Assembly (NCBI GenBank): GCA_964401575.1
Contig: CAYNZC010000003.1
Location: 200-64,199 of the forward strand
Direction: 5' to 3'
From: an uncultured Verrucomicrobiota bacterium
GTDB lineage: Bacteria; Verrucomicrobiota; Verrucomicrobiia; Limisphaerales; UBA8199
Length of the DNA: 64,000 nucleotides
The notes beneath the pieces were generated by a model that worked only from the letters and a program-made list of their open reading frames with translations, did not search any database and was not told the origin of the DNA. Both the position numbers and the translations under genes were made by a program. Numbering within the stretch: position 1 is the first letter of the stretch; each line of letters starts with the position of its first letter. This document shows, in pieces, positions 27,560-36,719 of the stretch.

Positions 27560-29013
27560 GGGACTTCTCGTTTCTTGTCGGCCGCCTCCATCTCCAACAA
27601 GCCAAGCCAGTAGCAGGCGAGCGGCGCCGGGATTTTTGCGACGCGGGCAGAAGCAGCGGCTCGATGCAGAGGCATGATGCTGAAGTCCATTATTTCTTTG
27701 GTAATAACGTAGCCACGATCTACTTTGCGTTCGGCACAGAATTGTTCCAAACCTTTAAGGTCCCCGGCGCCGGTAGCCTGCGCACGGTATTTGACCTCAA
27801 ATGGAACGAGCCGGCCCTCAACGGAAGCTATGATATCAACTTCGTGGTCTTTGCGTCCTCTCCAATAGGAGAAGCCGATGCTCTGGCGGTAGTAGCGGGT
27901 GAAAACGTGGTTAAAAAAAGCAGTCTCAACCGCAATCCCCAGCGCGGCAGCGTCCTCGATCAGCGATTTGCCTTTTAACATGACGCTCGGTGCGATAGCA
28001 GCATCCGCGAGGTAAATTTTAGAACGGGCGCGTAGCACCTCCTTGCCATACCCAAAAGGCAGCAGGCGGTGGATCAGGTGAGTGGATTCGAGCAGAGAAA
28101 TGAAGTTGTTTGCTGTCGGCTTTTTGATTTCGAGAGACTTGCAGAGGTCAGGTATATCGAGCAGACCGCCGTCGTGCATGCACAGGTAGAGGAAGGTCTG
28201 CTCAAGCTCGAGAACACGGCGCACACCAAAGAGCGCGGTCATGTCGCGTTTGAGGACCTTATCAACAATATCTTCGCGCAGGAGCTTCTGTGCCTGCGGG
28301 ATGCTCGCCATGAGCGCGCTTTGGGGAAAGCCGCCGCGCAGCAGGTATTCGTTAAAATGGCCGACCAGGGCGTGGGCATCAGCGGCGACGGTCGCGAATC
28401 GAGCATCGGGCCACTCGAATAATTGGGCCAAAGACGCCAGGGTTGGGAGGCCCGGCGTGGGAATCTGCTTTATCTGCAGGTACTCGAAGAAGGAAAGAGT
28501 CGCCAAACGAACCGTATGCCATCGGCCCACTCCTGATTCCTGGCCCTCGGTCAATAGCGGGGTGGCGGAACCAGTGACAGCTATTCTGCGGTTCTTGTGA
28601 AAATCGACCTGCAGCTTAAGCCAGGTCTGCCAATCTTTGGTGTATTGAATCTCGTCCAGGAAAAGATACTCGGTCCCATCATGGGCTGGCTCCAGCTCAC
28701 GCCAAAGGTTCAAGAGGCCATCAAGGCCGATGAGCTTAAGCAGCGGGTGGTCGAAAGTGGCATAGAGGATTTTTGAGGGCGGCACACCCCTCGCCAATAA
28801 TGCCTGGATGGTCTGAAGAAGAAGCGTGGTCTTTCCCACTTGCCGTGCGCCGGTTAACAGAAGCGCTCGATGGGCAGGAGGCTCCGTTATCCATGAACTT
28901 ACCTCGTGGAACGCTGCTCGGCGCCAAGCCGGAAGGTCCGGGAAGGCAGCGCCTCGCCACCAGGGGTTATATTGGCGGAGCACAGCCAACAGTTCTGGAA
29001 TGGGAGCAATCAT
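27556..29013 (-). CDS. AAA+ ATPase of the AAA_14/DUF4143 type (ATPase fused to a PD-(D/E)xK-like C-terminal domain)
   Basis: NPWW N-terminal motif. Walker A GARQVGKTT. Walker B LFLDEIQY. C-terminal HEVDII...LVPFEVKY (D...ExK). Its stop overlaps the start of 27170-27559 (ATGA at 27556-27559). Confidence 0.85.
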   Translation of the reverse strand: MIAPIPELLAVLRQYNPWWRGAAFPDLPAWRRAAFHEVSSWITEPPAHRALLLTGARQVGKTTLLLQTIQALLARGVPPSKILYATFDHPLLKLIGLDGLLNLWRELEPAHDGTEYLFLDEIQYTKDWQTWLKLQVDFHKNRRIAVTGSATPLLTEGQESGVGRWHTVRLATLSFFEYLQIKQIPTPGLPTLASLAQLFEWPDARFATVAADAHALVGHFNEYLLRGGFPQSALMASIPQAQKLLREDIVDKVLKRDMTALFGVRRVLELEQTFLYLCMHDGGLLDIPDLCKSLEIKKPTANNFISLLESTHLIHRLLPFGYGKEVLRARSKIYLADAAIAPSVMLKGKSLIEDAAALGIAVETAFFNHVFTRYYRQSIGFSYWRGRKDHEVDIIASVEGRLVPFEVKYRAQATGAGDLKGLEQFCAERKVDRGYVITKEIMDFSIMPLHRAAASARVAKIPAPLACYWLGLLEMEAADKKREVP

Positions 29014-29141
29014 GGTGCTCGAATTTAACCATATCTTGGCATTTTAGGCAAGTATACCTATCTAAAAATATGGAAATAAGCTGGAATTAATGATTTTGGG
29101 GCTGCTGCCTTCATAAACTGCAAATTACCTTCACTCCAACA

Positions 29142-29390
29142 TTGGAGCACAACACTCAAAAAGCGCATTCTCAAATGACGCTCAGCCCAGCAACCAACCG
29201 GGATCGCGAGGCGATCGAGCGGCTTGTATTCGCGGTTTTGGCGGAAATAGAAGAAGGAAACATTGACATGCCGGCATTGATTGTGATGATGTTTCATATG
29301 CCAGCCTGGATTCTGTTGCGGACTGGTCGTGCATACGCCGAAAGCAAGCGTCTGTTGCCTGCATCGGCCCTTAACCTCCTCTCATCATGA
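29142..29390 (+). CDS. Hypothetical small ORF; the N-terminus resembles the first ~30 aa of a GNAT acetyltransferase (possible remnant)
   Basis: The internal M gives MTLSPATNRDREAIERLVFAVLAE, like GNAT beta1-alpha1; nothing GNAT-like follows. The stop overlaps the next ATG (ATGA at 29387-29390). Confidence 0.25.
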   Translation: MEHNTQKAHSQMTLSPATNRDREAIERLVFAVLAEIEEGNIDMPALIVMMFHMPAWILLRTGRAYAESKRLLPASALNLLSS

Positions 29391-30805
29391 ATAATCAAAA
29401 ATCCCCGACACAACTTCCTTCCTACATCACAAGCGCCACTCCTGCCCCGGCAGGCGCCCGGGCGCCCTGGTATAAGAACATCGCTCCGACCTACGGCGGC
29501 ATCTTCCTATGGTTCGTTTTCTGGGATTCGATGTCTGCCAACGGGCTGGGAGCGGGCGGCCTGGGGGCCGCGCTTGCCGGAGTCGTGCTCGGCGCGTTGA
29601 TCTGCCATTTCCTGTTTTATTTGATTCCCGGGTTGCTCGGGATGAGCACCGGGCTGCCTCTTTACGTTGTCGGCACTTCCACCTTCGGCGCGGTCGGCGG
29701 GCTGATCATGCCGGGGTTTCTGATGGGCGCGCTCCAGTTCGGATGGTTAGGGGTAAACGCCTGGGGAGTCTCAGAAGCCTTGTCCCGAGGCTTTCACACG
29801 CCCGGGCTTTACGTTCCAATTTGTATTCTCTGGACGCTGCTTGCGGCCTTCGTCGGCATCAAGGGTATTCAGTATGTCGCCAGGGTGGCGACGTACCTGC
29901 CGATCATTCCCTTTGTGGTCCTGATTATGGGCCTGGTCCTGTTTGCCGGGTCTGCGGCCGACTACAAACCCACCCCCGACCTGGCAGACGCCATAACGGG
30001 CAAGAGCGCGGGCGGCGGCTTTGCGGCCATGCTCCTGATGGTGAGCGCCATTGTCGGGTTTTTCGCCACCGCAGGAGCTGCCGGCGTGGATATCTGCTCC
30101 AACGGCAGGAACGCCAAAGACGTCAGTTGGGGTGGCATCGTTGGAATCATCGCAGCCATCGTCTTCACTGCGGGCATATCTGTGATTGCCGTTGCCGGCG
30201 CGCGCGCGGCAGGTGTGATTGATCCGGGCGTGAGCCAGATGACCGGCGCGCTGCAGCAAAAACTTTCTTCGGGTATGTTTGCAGCCGTAATGATCGCCCT
30301 CACCATCGCTGCGTTCCCCAGCGCATGCTTCTCTTCGTTCATCGCGGCGAACAGCTTCAAAACAACGCTGCCGAAGGTGAACCCCTTCTTCTCTGTCGGC
30401 ATTGGGGCGCTGCTCAGCATTTTGATCGCAGTTTTCCCGTTCACGGCTCCAGCTAACGCCAAATGGGCTGCTCAACTGCCGAGCGTGTTCGGGCTGATCG
30501 GCGCCTCGTTCGGCCCGATCGTCGGCGCAATGGTGGTTGATTACTTCCTGTCGGGAAAGAAGTGGTCGGGACCGAGGGCCGGCTTCAACCCTGCGGGCTG
30601 GATCGCCTGGGCGCTCGGCTTCATAGTCGGCATTCTCCCGAATCTGCATGCGTGGAATCCGGAACTGTTTCCGACCGTGCCGGCTGCTCCGGTGCTGGCG
30701 TTTATTGTCGGCGCCGTAATTTACTTCATCTGCGCCAAGGTTGGATTGCTTACCGGCGTGGTCCCACTGCCTGGCAAAGCTTCGGACCCCGAGAAACCGG
30801 TCTGA
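29387..30805 (+). CDS. Polytopic permease, NCS1 (purine/cytosine/HMP permease)-like
   Basis: About 12 TM segments. The STGLPLYVVGTSTFGAVGG segment resembles the conserved TM3 region of NCS1. The substrate is unknown. Confidence 0.65.
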   Translation: MNNQKSPTQLPSYITSATPAPAGARAPWYKNIAPTYGGIFLWFVFWDSMSANGLGAGGLGAALAGVVLGALICHFLFYLIPGLLGMSTGLPLYVVGTSTFGAVGGLIMPGFLMGALQFGWLGVNAWGVSEALSRGFHTPGLYVPICILWTLLAAFVGIKGIQYVARVATYLPIIPFVVLIMGLVLFAGSAADYKPTPDLADAITGKSAGGGFAAMLLMVSAIVGFFATAGAAGVDICSNGRNAKDVSWGGIVGIIAAIVFTAGISVIAVAGARAAGVIDPGVSQMTGALQQKLSSGMFAAVMIALTIAAFPSACFSSFIAANSFKTTLPKVNPFFSVGIGALLSILIAVFPFTAPANAKWAAQLPSVFGLIGASFGPIVGAMVVDYFLSGKKWSGPRAGFNPAGWIAWALGFIVGILPNLHAWNPELFPTVPAAPVLAFIVGAVIYFICAKVGLLTGVVPLPGKASDPEKPV

Positions 30806-30834
30806 GGGCGCAACCCGGGTTGACGGCATCGGTG

Positions 30835-31974
30835 TTAAAAGGGCGGACGCCCATCATGGGTGGCGCCTTTTAGCACCTTCCTGGTCATCGTCGAGAGAGG
30901 CAGTTTCTCCAAACTTGAGCGGGGGCACTTTTTGAAATCCTTCACCCGGTCCAGGCGTCGAACCCGGGCAAGGTACGACTGGAAGGCAACCCGCCGGTTC
31001 ATGATCGCGTGCGACCCCGTTCCAAGCGTTGTGACCCGCGAAACCGCCAAACCGGGAACCGCTTGTGCCAGAAGCCTTCGCTCGCCCCGCTGTCCAGTGA
31101 TCTCAACACTTGGAAGCTCCCAGAAACCGGCATTTGGCCCCGAAGCGGGACGCTGCCGAAGCAGGACGCCGTCGCCGTCTGTGACAACGAAAACAGCCAG
31201 CCGGTGGCGCGTCGCGGCGGGGCGGGATCGCTTTGCGGGAAAACGGCTCACCGCGTTGTGCTGCCGGGCGCCGCACAGCGCCCCCAGCGGGCAGGACGGG
31301 CAATCCGGCACTGACGGCGCACAAACCAGGGCGCCCAGTTCCATGAGTGATTCTGTCAGCTTGCCACAGGGACGGTCCACCGGTTTGGCGCAGCGTTTCA
31401 GACCCGCCGCGCATTTGGCCAGCTCGCCTGCAAGAGCGAACAGTTTTTCCGAAGCACCCGAGGCTTTAAGATCGCCGTGCAGCATGAAAACACGTGAGAG
31501 CACGCGCGCCACATTGCCGTCCACCGCTGGGACCGGCTGATCAAACGCGATACTGCAAACAGCCCCGGCTGTGTAGGGCCCAATTCCGGCCAGGGCCAAC
31601 ACCTCCTCGTAATTCCGGGGGAAGACGCCGTCGTGTTTTTCCAAAATCTGAAGCGCGGCCTTTCTGAGATTCCGCGCGCGCGCATAATAACCGAGCCCCT
31701 CCCAAAGCTTTAACAACCGCTCTTCCGGCAAGCCGGCCAGTGCCTGGACGGACGGCACCTCCTGCATCCACCGTTCATAGTAGGGCAGTACCGTGGCCAC
31801 CTGCGTCTGCTGCAACATGATCTCTGAAATCCAGATGGCGTAGGGGTCGTTGGTGCATCGCCATGGCAGATCTCTTGCGTGTGCCTGGAACCAGTCCAAC
31901 AATGCCGGCACGATGCGCCGGAGACGTGCGGGCGCTTTCACAGACAGGCCGGACTTGCGTTTGGAGAATGGCAT
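30835..31974 (-). CDS. mutY: A/G-specific adenine DNA glycosylase
   Basis: LPWRCTNDPYAIWISEIMLQQTQVATV. HhH-GPD (LAGIGPYTAGAV). FeS loop CAPSVPDCPSCPLGALC (C-x6-C-x2-C-x5-C). C-terminal NUDIX-like domain. Confidence 0.92.
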   Translation of the reverse strand: MPFSKRKSGLSVKAPARLRRIVPALLDWFQAHARDLPWRCTNDPYAIWISEIMLQQTQVATVLPYYERWMQEVPSVQALAGLPEERLLKLWEGLGYYARARNLRKAALQILEKHDGVFPRNYEEVLALAGIGPYTAGAVCSIAFDQPVPAVDGNVARVLSRVFMLHGDLKASGASEKLFALAGELAKCAAGLKRCAKPVDRPCGKLTESLMELGALVCAPSVPDCPSCPLGALCGARQHNAVSRFPAKRSRPAATRHRLAVFVVTDGDGVLLRQRPASGPNAGFWELPSVEITGQRGERRLLAQAVPGLAVSRVTTLGTGSHAIMNRRVAFQSYLARVRRLDRVKDFKKCPRSSLEKLPLSTMTRKVLKGATHDGRPPF

Positions 31975-32043
31975 CGCTTGCTGAAATTAGCCCAAACCTC
32001 TAACCTGATTCAACGAGTGAATCCGCTCTCGACATACACATGC

Positions 32044-32991
32044 ATGCTCACCGCGCCCCAGGCCACCGCCTTGAGACAGTGGCTTGCGGATCACGGTTAT
32101 AGATTCCGGGACGTTCCTTACGCCGACTTTGCGGCACAGAGGGAAAAAACCAATGTGGTGCTCTACTCCAGCAAGAAACTGGTCGTTCAGGGCAAAGATA
32201 CCCGGGATTTTGTCGAATTTGTGCTCGAGCCCGAGATTCTGAAGCAGGCCAGGCTTGGGTATGAAGAAGTGCTCAACCCGGACCTTTTGTTGCCGCGCCT
32301 GGGCGTGGATGAAAGCGGCAAGGGCGATTTCTTCGGACCGCTTTGTGTGGCGGGGGTTTATATCAATGAATCCGTTGTGAGGGCGTGGAAAGGCGCGGGG
32401 ATCCAAGACTCGAAGAACATCGGCAGCGACAAGCGGATTGCCGAGCTTGCGGAGAAGATTCGCGCCACGCCCGGTTGCGTCTGCACCGTGGTGCCGATTG
32501 GCAACGAGGCGTATAACCGGCTTTTTTCAAAAATGCGCAGCGTGAATGCGATGCTTGCGTGGGGACATGCGCGCGTGATTGAGAATCTCATGGGGCTGCG
32601 CTACCAGATGAATCCGCCGCCCGTCCGGGCGATCAGTGATCAGTTTGCGCAGAGCAAGGATGTCATCCGGGCCGCCATCATGAGCCTGGGGCGGGAGATT
32701 GAATTGGTTCAACGGCACAAGGCCGAGGCTGACCTGGCGGTGGCAGCGGCATCCATACTGGCGCGCAACGAATTTGTCCAGCGCCTCGGCAGGCTCGAAA
32801 AGGCCTTTGATAGTTCACTCCCGAAAGGGGCTTCGAAAACTGTGGAAGCCGCTGGGCGCGAGTTTATTGCCAGGCATGGCGCCGAAAAACTGCCCCTGGT
32901 CGCCAAGATGCATTTTCGCACGGCTTACCGGGTGCAGGGACTGCCCGAGCCAGCGAAGTTCGACTGGAAGAAATACAAATCCAGCCGTTAA
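32044..32991 (+). CDS. rnhC: Ribonuclease HIII
   Basis: N-terminal TBP-like domain, then LGVDESGKGDFFGPLCVAGVYI and the ..SDQF..KAEADLAVAAASILAR.. RNase HII/HIII core. ATG 32044 was chosen; the listed start at 31879 overlaps mutY. Confidence 0.88.
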   Translation: MLTAPQATALRQWLADHGYRFRDVPYADFAAQREKTNVVLYSSKKLVVQGKDTRDFVEFVLEPEILKQARLGYEEVLNPDLLLPRLGVDESGKGDFFGPLCVAGVYINESVVRAWKGAGIQDSKNIGSDKRIAELAEKIRATPGCVCTVVPIGNEAYNRLFSKMRSVNAMLAWGHARVIENLMGLRYQMNPPPVRAISDQFAQSKDVIRAAIMSLGREIELVQRHKAEADLAVAAASILARNEFVQRLGRLEKAFDSSLPKGASKTVEAAGREFIARHGAEKLPLVAKMHFRTAYRVQGLPEPAKFDWKKYKSSR

Positions 32992-33067
32992 AACGACAAC
33001 GGCCCCGTGACGGATTTGACTCCGCCCGGGGCCGGTTTGACGGTCAAACCGTCAGTTGGAAACCAGC

Positions 33068-34354
33068 TTACTTCTTGCCCTTTTTCTTCGCGGCTTTCTT
33101 TGCAGGTTTCTTGGCTGCTTTAGCTTTTTTAGCGCTCATTGTTTTTTTTGTTTTGTTTTTGTTTTGTTGTTTTCCGGTTCTCTTTCGAGATTGTGGCGTG
33201 GTCTTGCCGCGCTTTTTTCGCCCGGCAGTTTTTCCCGGTCGCTTTGTTGAAAGAACAAGGACCTCGCGCGAAACCGATTTCGGCGCTACCGCGTCCTCAT
33301 TCCAACCGTGAGCGTTTCTTACTGCCGCCATTGTTGCTAAAATCTCGTTCCACGTCTCCTGGCGCATCATGGACTGGTTGCTGAACATACAACCATCCCA
33401 GCAAATGTGCCTGCACCTTTTGGTGAGGTTCCCCAGTTTGTCCCGCAACCAGTAACCCGCGTGGCGCGGGATGTCCAGTTTGCCCGCGGGATCGGAAGGA
33501 AGGCAATGATGGCCCGTCGTGTCGTGGGTGCCGCTGCCGTGCACCGTCGCATCGTTCTGGGCTACGTGAAAATCTATCGTCCAGGGCCGCAACGCATCCG
33601 CAAGGCGCGCAAGCGCCGCATCAAACACCCCGGGATCGGACCACTTCCAGTCCGCGGGCAACAGCGCATGCCCGGGAGCATTGTGCCCGAGCAGATACAG
33701 CAGCGTGTGCGCCATGTCCGCCTGGAACCCCAGCGTTTCGGGACGCCCCACCCGCTCGAGCAGATCGAGCATGTGCTTCCAACTGTGCATGCCGCCCCAG
33801 CAGATCTCGCCCTCCGCGGCGAGGGACTCGCCAAAACCCTCCGCAATATCGCATGCGAGTGAAAAGGTCTCGGCAATCCGCTTCTGATTCGCTTCCGGAT
33901 CGCGCGACCACTCTTCAACGCCGGTGGCGGAATCGATGCGCACGACACCGTAGGGACGGGCCCCGAACTCGCGAAGCCAGCTTGCAATCCTGCATGCCTT
34001 CGTCACCTGCTCGAGAAACTTTTTGCGATCCTCCTGACCGCCCATCGCGGAGCCGCCGCCCGTGCCGCCCCAGACTGGTGCCACAACGGAACCGGCAACG
34101 AAATTCCTTTTGAGCAACTTATCCGCGAGCGCTTTTGCGCCCGCGCGGTCCAGGTCAATGCTGATGTGCGGATCGGAGAGAAAAAGATCCACACCGTCGA
34201 AGCGCAGTCCGTTTACCTGCGCGCGCGCGGTGAGATCGAGCATCGTATCGAGATCAATGCACGGCTCGGCGCCGGGAGAGCCTTTGCCAACCAGCCCAGG
34301 CCACATCGCATTGTGAAGCTTCGGAAAACGTTTTGCGTTTTTTTGCTCGCTCAT
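33068..34354 (-). CDS. Xylose-isomerase-like TIM-barrel (sugar phosphate isomerase/epimerase family) protein with a ~60-aa Lys/Arg-rich histone-H1-like C-terminal tail
   Basis: The core has ...[11 protein letters not shown]...[10 protein letters not shown]...IDFHVAQND.., typical of AP_endonuc_2 TIM barrels. The tail is [58 protein letters not shown]. Confidence 0.8.
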   Translation of the reverse strand: MSEQKNAKRFPKLHNAMWPGLVGKGSPGAEPCIDLDTMLDLTARAQVNGLRFDGVDLFLSDPHISIDLDRAGAKALADKLLKRNFVAGSVVAPVWGGTGGGSAMGGQEDRKKFLEQVTKACRIASWLREFGARPYGVVRIDSATGVEEWSRDPEANQKRIAETFSLACDIAEGFGESLAAEGEICWGGMHSWKHMLDLLERVGRPETLGFQADMAHTLLYLLGHNAPGHALLPADWKWSDPGVFDAALARLADALRPWTIDFHVAQNDATVHGSGTHDTTGHHCLPSDPAGKLDIPRHAGYWLRDKLGNLTKRCRHICWDGCMFSNQSMMRQETWNEILATMAAVRNAHGWNEDAVAPKSVSREVLVLSTKRPGKTAGRKKRGKTTPQSRKRTGKQQNKNKTKKTMSAKKAKAAKKPAKKAAKKKGKK

Positions 34355-34616
34355 TGCCTATATTCAGGGCTTGCGCAGACATCCATGCCAAAGTCATGCG
34401 AACTGCGCAACCCAAATCTGAAAAATTTTATTTTTTTTATCACTCCGCAAAAAGCGTTTCACTTGATGTTCTCACAGTAACAGCGGTTCGTAAACTGTCT
34501 CATTCGCATTTTGCGCTCGCGCAACGTCTGTTGCTTCATCATGGAAGCATCCTCGCCGTCCGCATTCGCAACCGCATCTGTTTGCCATTCGTCGAAACGA
34601 TCGGCACCATTTGTGC

Positions 34617-36719
34617 ATGCGACCAAATTGGTTCCACGTTATTTGCGGTGCGCTGACCATTGCAGCAGCGGCGCGCGCCGAAACCGTCACAACCGACATC
34701 TGCATCTACGGCGGCACGGCTTCGGGAGTGGCTGCTGCCGTGCAGGCCGCTCGCATGGGCAAGAGCGTGGTGATTGCCGAGTTCGGCAGGCACATCGGCG
34801 GGCTCACCTCGGGCGGGCTTGGTGCAACCGACATCGGCAACAAAGCCGCTATCGGAGGTATTTCGAGAGAATTTTACGGCCGTGTCGCGAAGCACTACGC
34901 ACAGCCGGAGGCCTGGCTGCATGAAACGCGCGAGGATTATTTCAAGGCCCGCGGGCAGAGAACCACCATGCAGGAGGCCAGCGGACCCGAGGGAACGATG
35001 TGGACCTTTGAGCCTCACGTTGCCGAGAAGATCCTCAGGGATATGCTCGGCAGCACGCCGGTCCGGCTCGGGCAGCGGCTCGCTACCGTGCAAAAGCAGG
35101 GGCCGCGCATTGTTCAACTGACGATGGAGGATGGCACCATTTATCGGGCGCGAATGTTTATTGATGCCACCTACGAGGGCGACCTGATGGCAAAGGCGGG
35201 GGTCAGTTACACCGTCGGGCGGGAGGCCAACGCGCTTTATGGCGAAACTTTGAATGGCATCCGGGCCGAGACACCGCTGCACCAGTTCGAGGTCAAGGTG
35301 GATCCTTACGTGAAAGCGGGAGATCCCGCCAGCGGATTGCTCCCCTTCATTCAATCCGACGCCCCGGGCGAACCCGGCGGGGGCGACAAATCCGTTCAAG
35401 CCTACAACTTCCGCCTGTGTTACACACATGTCGAATCCAACAAGCTCCCGCACAAGGCGCCGGAGAACTATGACCCGGCAACGTACGAGCTCCTGGCTCG
35501 TTACATCGAGAACATGGTTGCCGCCGGCAAGAAACTCGAAATGCCGCTCTTCTGGTTGTTTACCAGGATGCCGAACGGCAAAACCGATATAAACAACAAG
35601 GGAGCGTTTTCGACCGACTTCATTGGCGCGAACCACGCCTATCCCGAAGCCACTTACAGCGAGCGCGCAAAAATCTGGAAGGCGCACATCGATTATGTGC
35701 GCGGCTACATCTATTTTTTGGCCACGAGCCCGCGGGTGCCTGACCACATCCGGCAGGAAGTCCAATCGTGGGGACCGGCCAAAGATGAATTTGCGGACAC
35801 GGATCACTGGCCCCATCAACTTTACGTCCGGGAAGCGCGACGAATGGTCTCCACCTATGTCATGACCGAACTGAACTGCCGCGGCCACAAGGTGGCCGAA
35901 GACGTGATCGCCCTGGCCGCTTACATGATGGATTCGCACAATTGCCGCAGAATTGTTCGCAATGGCTATGTGGAAAACGAAGGGGATGTGGAAGTTCATG
36001 GGTTTCCCCCGTACCCGATTTCCTACCGGGCCATCGTGCCAAAGCAGAGCGAGTGCGAAAACCTCCTTGTCCCGATCTGTCTTTCGGCGAGCCACATCGC
36101 TTACGGATCCATCCGAATGGAGCCCGTGTTCATGATCCTTGGACAATCCGCGGCCACGGCCGCCGCCATGGCCATCGATTCCGGGCTGCCTGTGCAAAAA
36201 AATGACTATGCGGCGCTCAGAGCCAGGCTCGTCCAGGACAAACAAGTGCTCGAATGGACGGCGCCAAAGCGGGATCCTGCCAGGGAACTCAAGGGAATCG
36301 TGGTGGATGATGCAGCCGCCGAACGCACCGGGCATTGGCACGCCTCCGGCCTGCTCACCGCCTCGAGAGCCGGATCTTCCTATGTTCACGACAACAACTC
36401 CAACAAGGGCCTGGCCAGCCTGAAGTTCATCCCTGAACTCGCCGCCGGGGATTACCAGGTGGTTTTCGTTTTTCCACCGAATGCGAACCGGGCCACGAAC
36501 GTCCCGGTCGTTCTCAGGACAATTGACGCCAACGGGAAGAACATTCGGGTCACCCGGATTGTAAACCAGCGCGCCGCCTCCAGCGGCGGGCTTGTCGAGC
36601 TCGGAACCTTCAAGCTGCCCGCCGGGCGCCACACATCCGTCGAAGTCTCCAACACAGGCACGGACGGCCATGTCGTCGCCGATGCCGTGCAGTTCATTCC
36701 GGTACAAAGCAAGCCGTGA
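34617..36719 (+). CDS. Secreted FAD-dependent oxidoreductase (FAD_oxidored family, often annotated xanthan-lyase-like)
   Basis: Signal peptide MRPNWFHVICGALTIAAAARA. Dinucleotide fold DICIYGGTASGVAAAVQAARMGKSVVIAE...GGLTSGGLGATD. Confidence 0.85.
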   Translation: MRPNWFHVICGALTIAAAARAETVTTDICIYGGTASGVAAAVQAARMGKSVVIAEFGRHIGGLTSGGLGATDIGNKAAIGGISREFYGRVAKHYAQPEAWLHETREDYFKARGQRTTMQEASGPEGTMWTFEPHVAEKILRDMLGSTPVRLGQRLATVQKQGPRIVQLTMEDGTIYRARMFIDATYEGDLMAKAGVSYTVGREANALYGETLNGIRAETPLHQFEVKVDPYVKAGDPASGLLPFIQSDAPGEPGGGDKSVQAYNFRLCYTHVESNKLPHKAPENYDPATYELLARYIENMVAAGKKLEMPLFWLFTRMPNGKTDINNKGAFSTDFIGANHAYPEATYSERAKIWKAHIDYVRGYIYFLATSPRVPDHIRQEVQSWGPAKDEFADTDHWPHQLYVREARRMVSTYVMTELNCRGHKVAEDVIALAAYMMDSHNCRRIVRNGYVENEGDVEVHGFPPYPISYRAIVPKQSECENLLVPICLSASHIAYGSIRMEPVFMILGQSAATAAAMAIDSGLPVQKNDYAALRARLVQDKQVLEWTAPKRDPARELKGIVVDDAAAERTGHWHASGLLTASRAGSSYVHDNNSNKGLASLKFIPELAAGDYQVVFVFPPNANRATNVPVVLRTIDANGKNIRVTRIVNQRAASSGGLVELGTFKLPAGRHTSVEVSNTGTDGHVVADAVQFIPVQSKP

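Noticed and set aside
27039-29013. Intact type I restriction-modification system
   Set aside because: Only the first ~129 aa of an HsdR-like protein are present. No helicase motifs and no hsdM or hsdS gene occur in any frame nearby.
29014-29386. TPP or other riboswitch upstream of the NCS1-like permease
   Set aside because: I looked for the conserved TPP elements (CTGAGA ... ACCTGATCTGGATAATGCCAGCG-like) and found none. No other riboswitch core was recognised by eye. This cannot be excluded without an Rfam scan.
29509-30829. ORFs 29509-30222 (+, alternative frame) and 29771-30829 (-) across the permease gene
   Set aside because: The chosen frame yields about 12 regular hydrophobic helices. 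The alternatives are Arg/Gly-rich and non-membrane-like.
32995-33060. Hairpins ggccccg/cggggcc (33001-33033) and tgacgg-tcaaa-ccgtca (33038-33054) between the convergent rnhC and TIM-barrel genes, as bidirectional terminators
   Set aside because: The stems are short, one has a long loop, and neither has a flanking T- or A-tract. This is too weak to call a terminator without transcript 3'-end data.
33056-33384. Plus-strand ORFs 33056-33250, 33075-33311 and 33139-33384 (F/L/C-rich peptides)
   Set aside because: They are complements of the Lys-codon-rich tail (AAG/AAA giving CTT/TTT). This is a low-complexity artefact.
34539-36707. 722-aa minus-strand ORF covering the whole FAD-oxidoreductase gene
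   Set aside because: It is an antisense shadow ORF, as is typical of GC-rich DNA. The translation is R/G/P/H-rich with no motif. The plus strand has a signal peptide, a GxGxxG dinucleotide fold and family-wide similarity.
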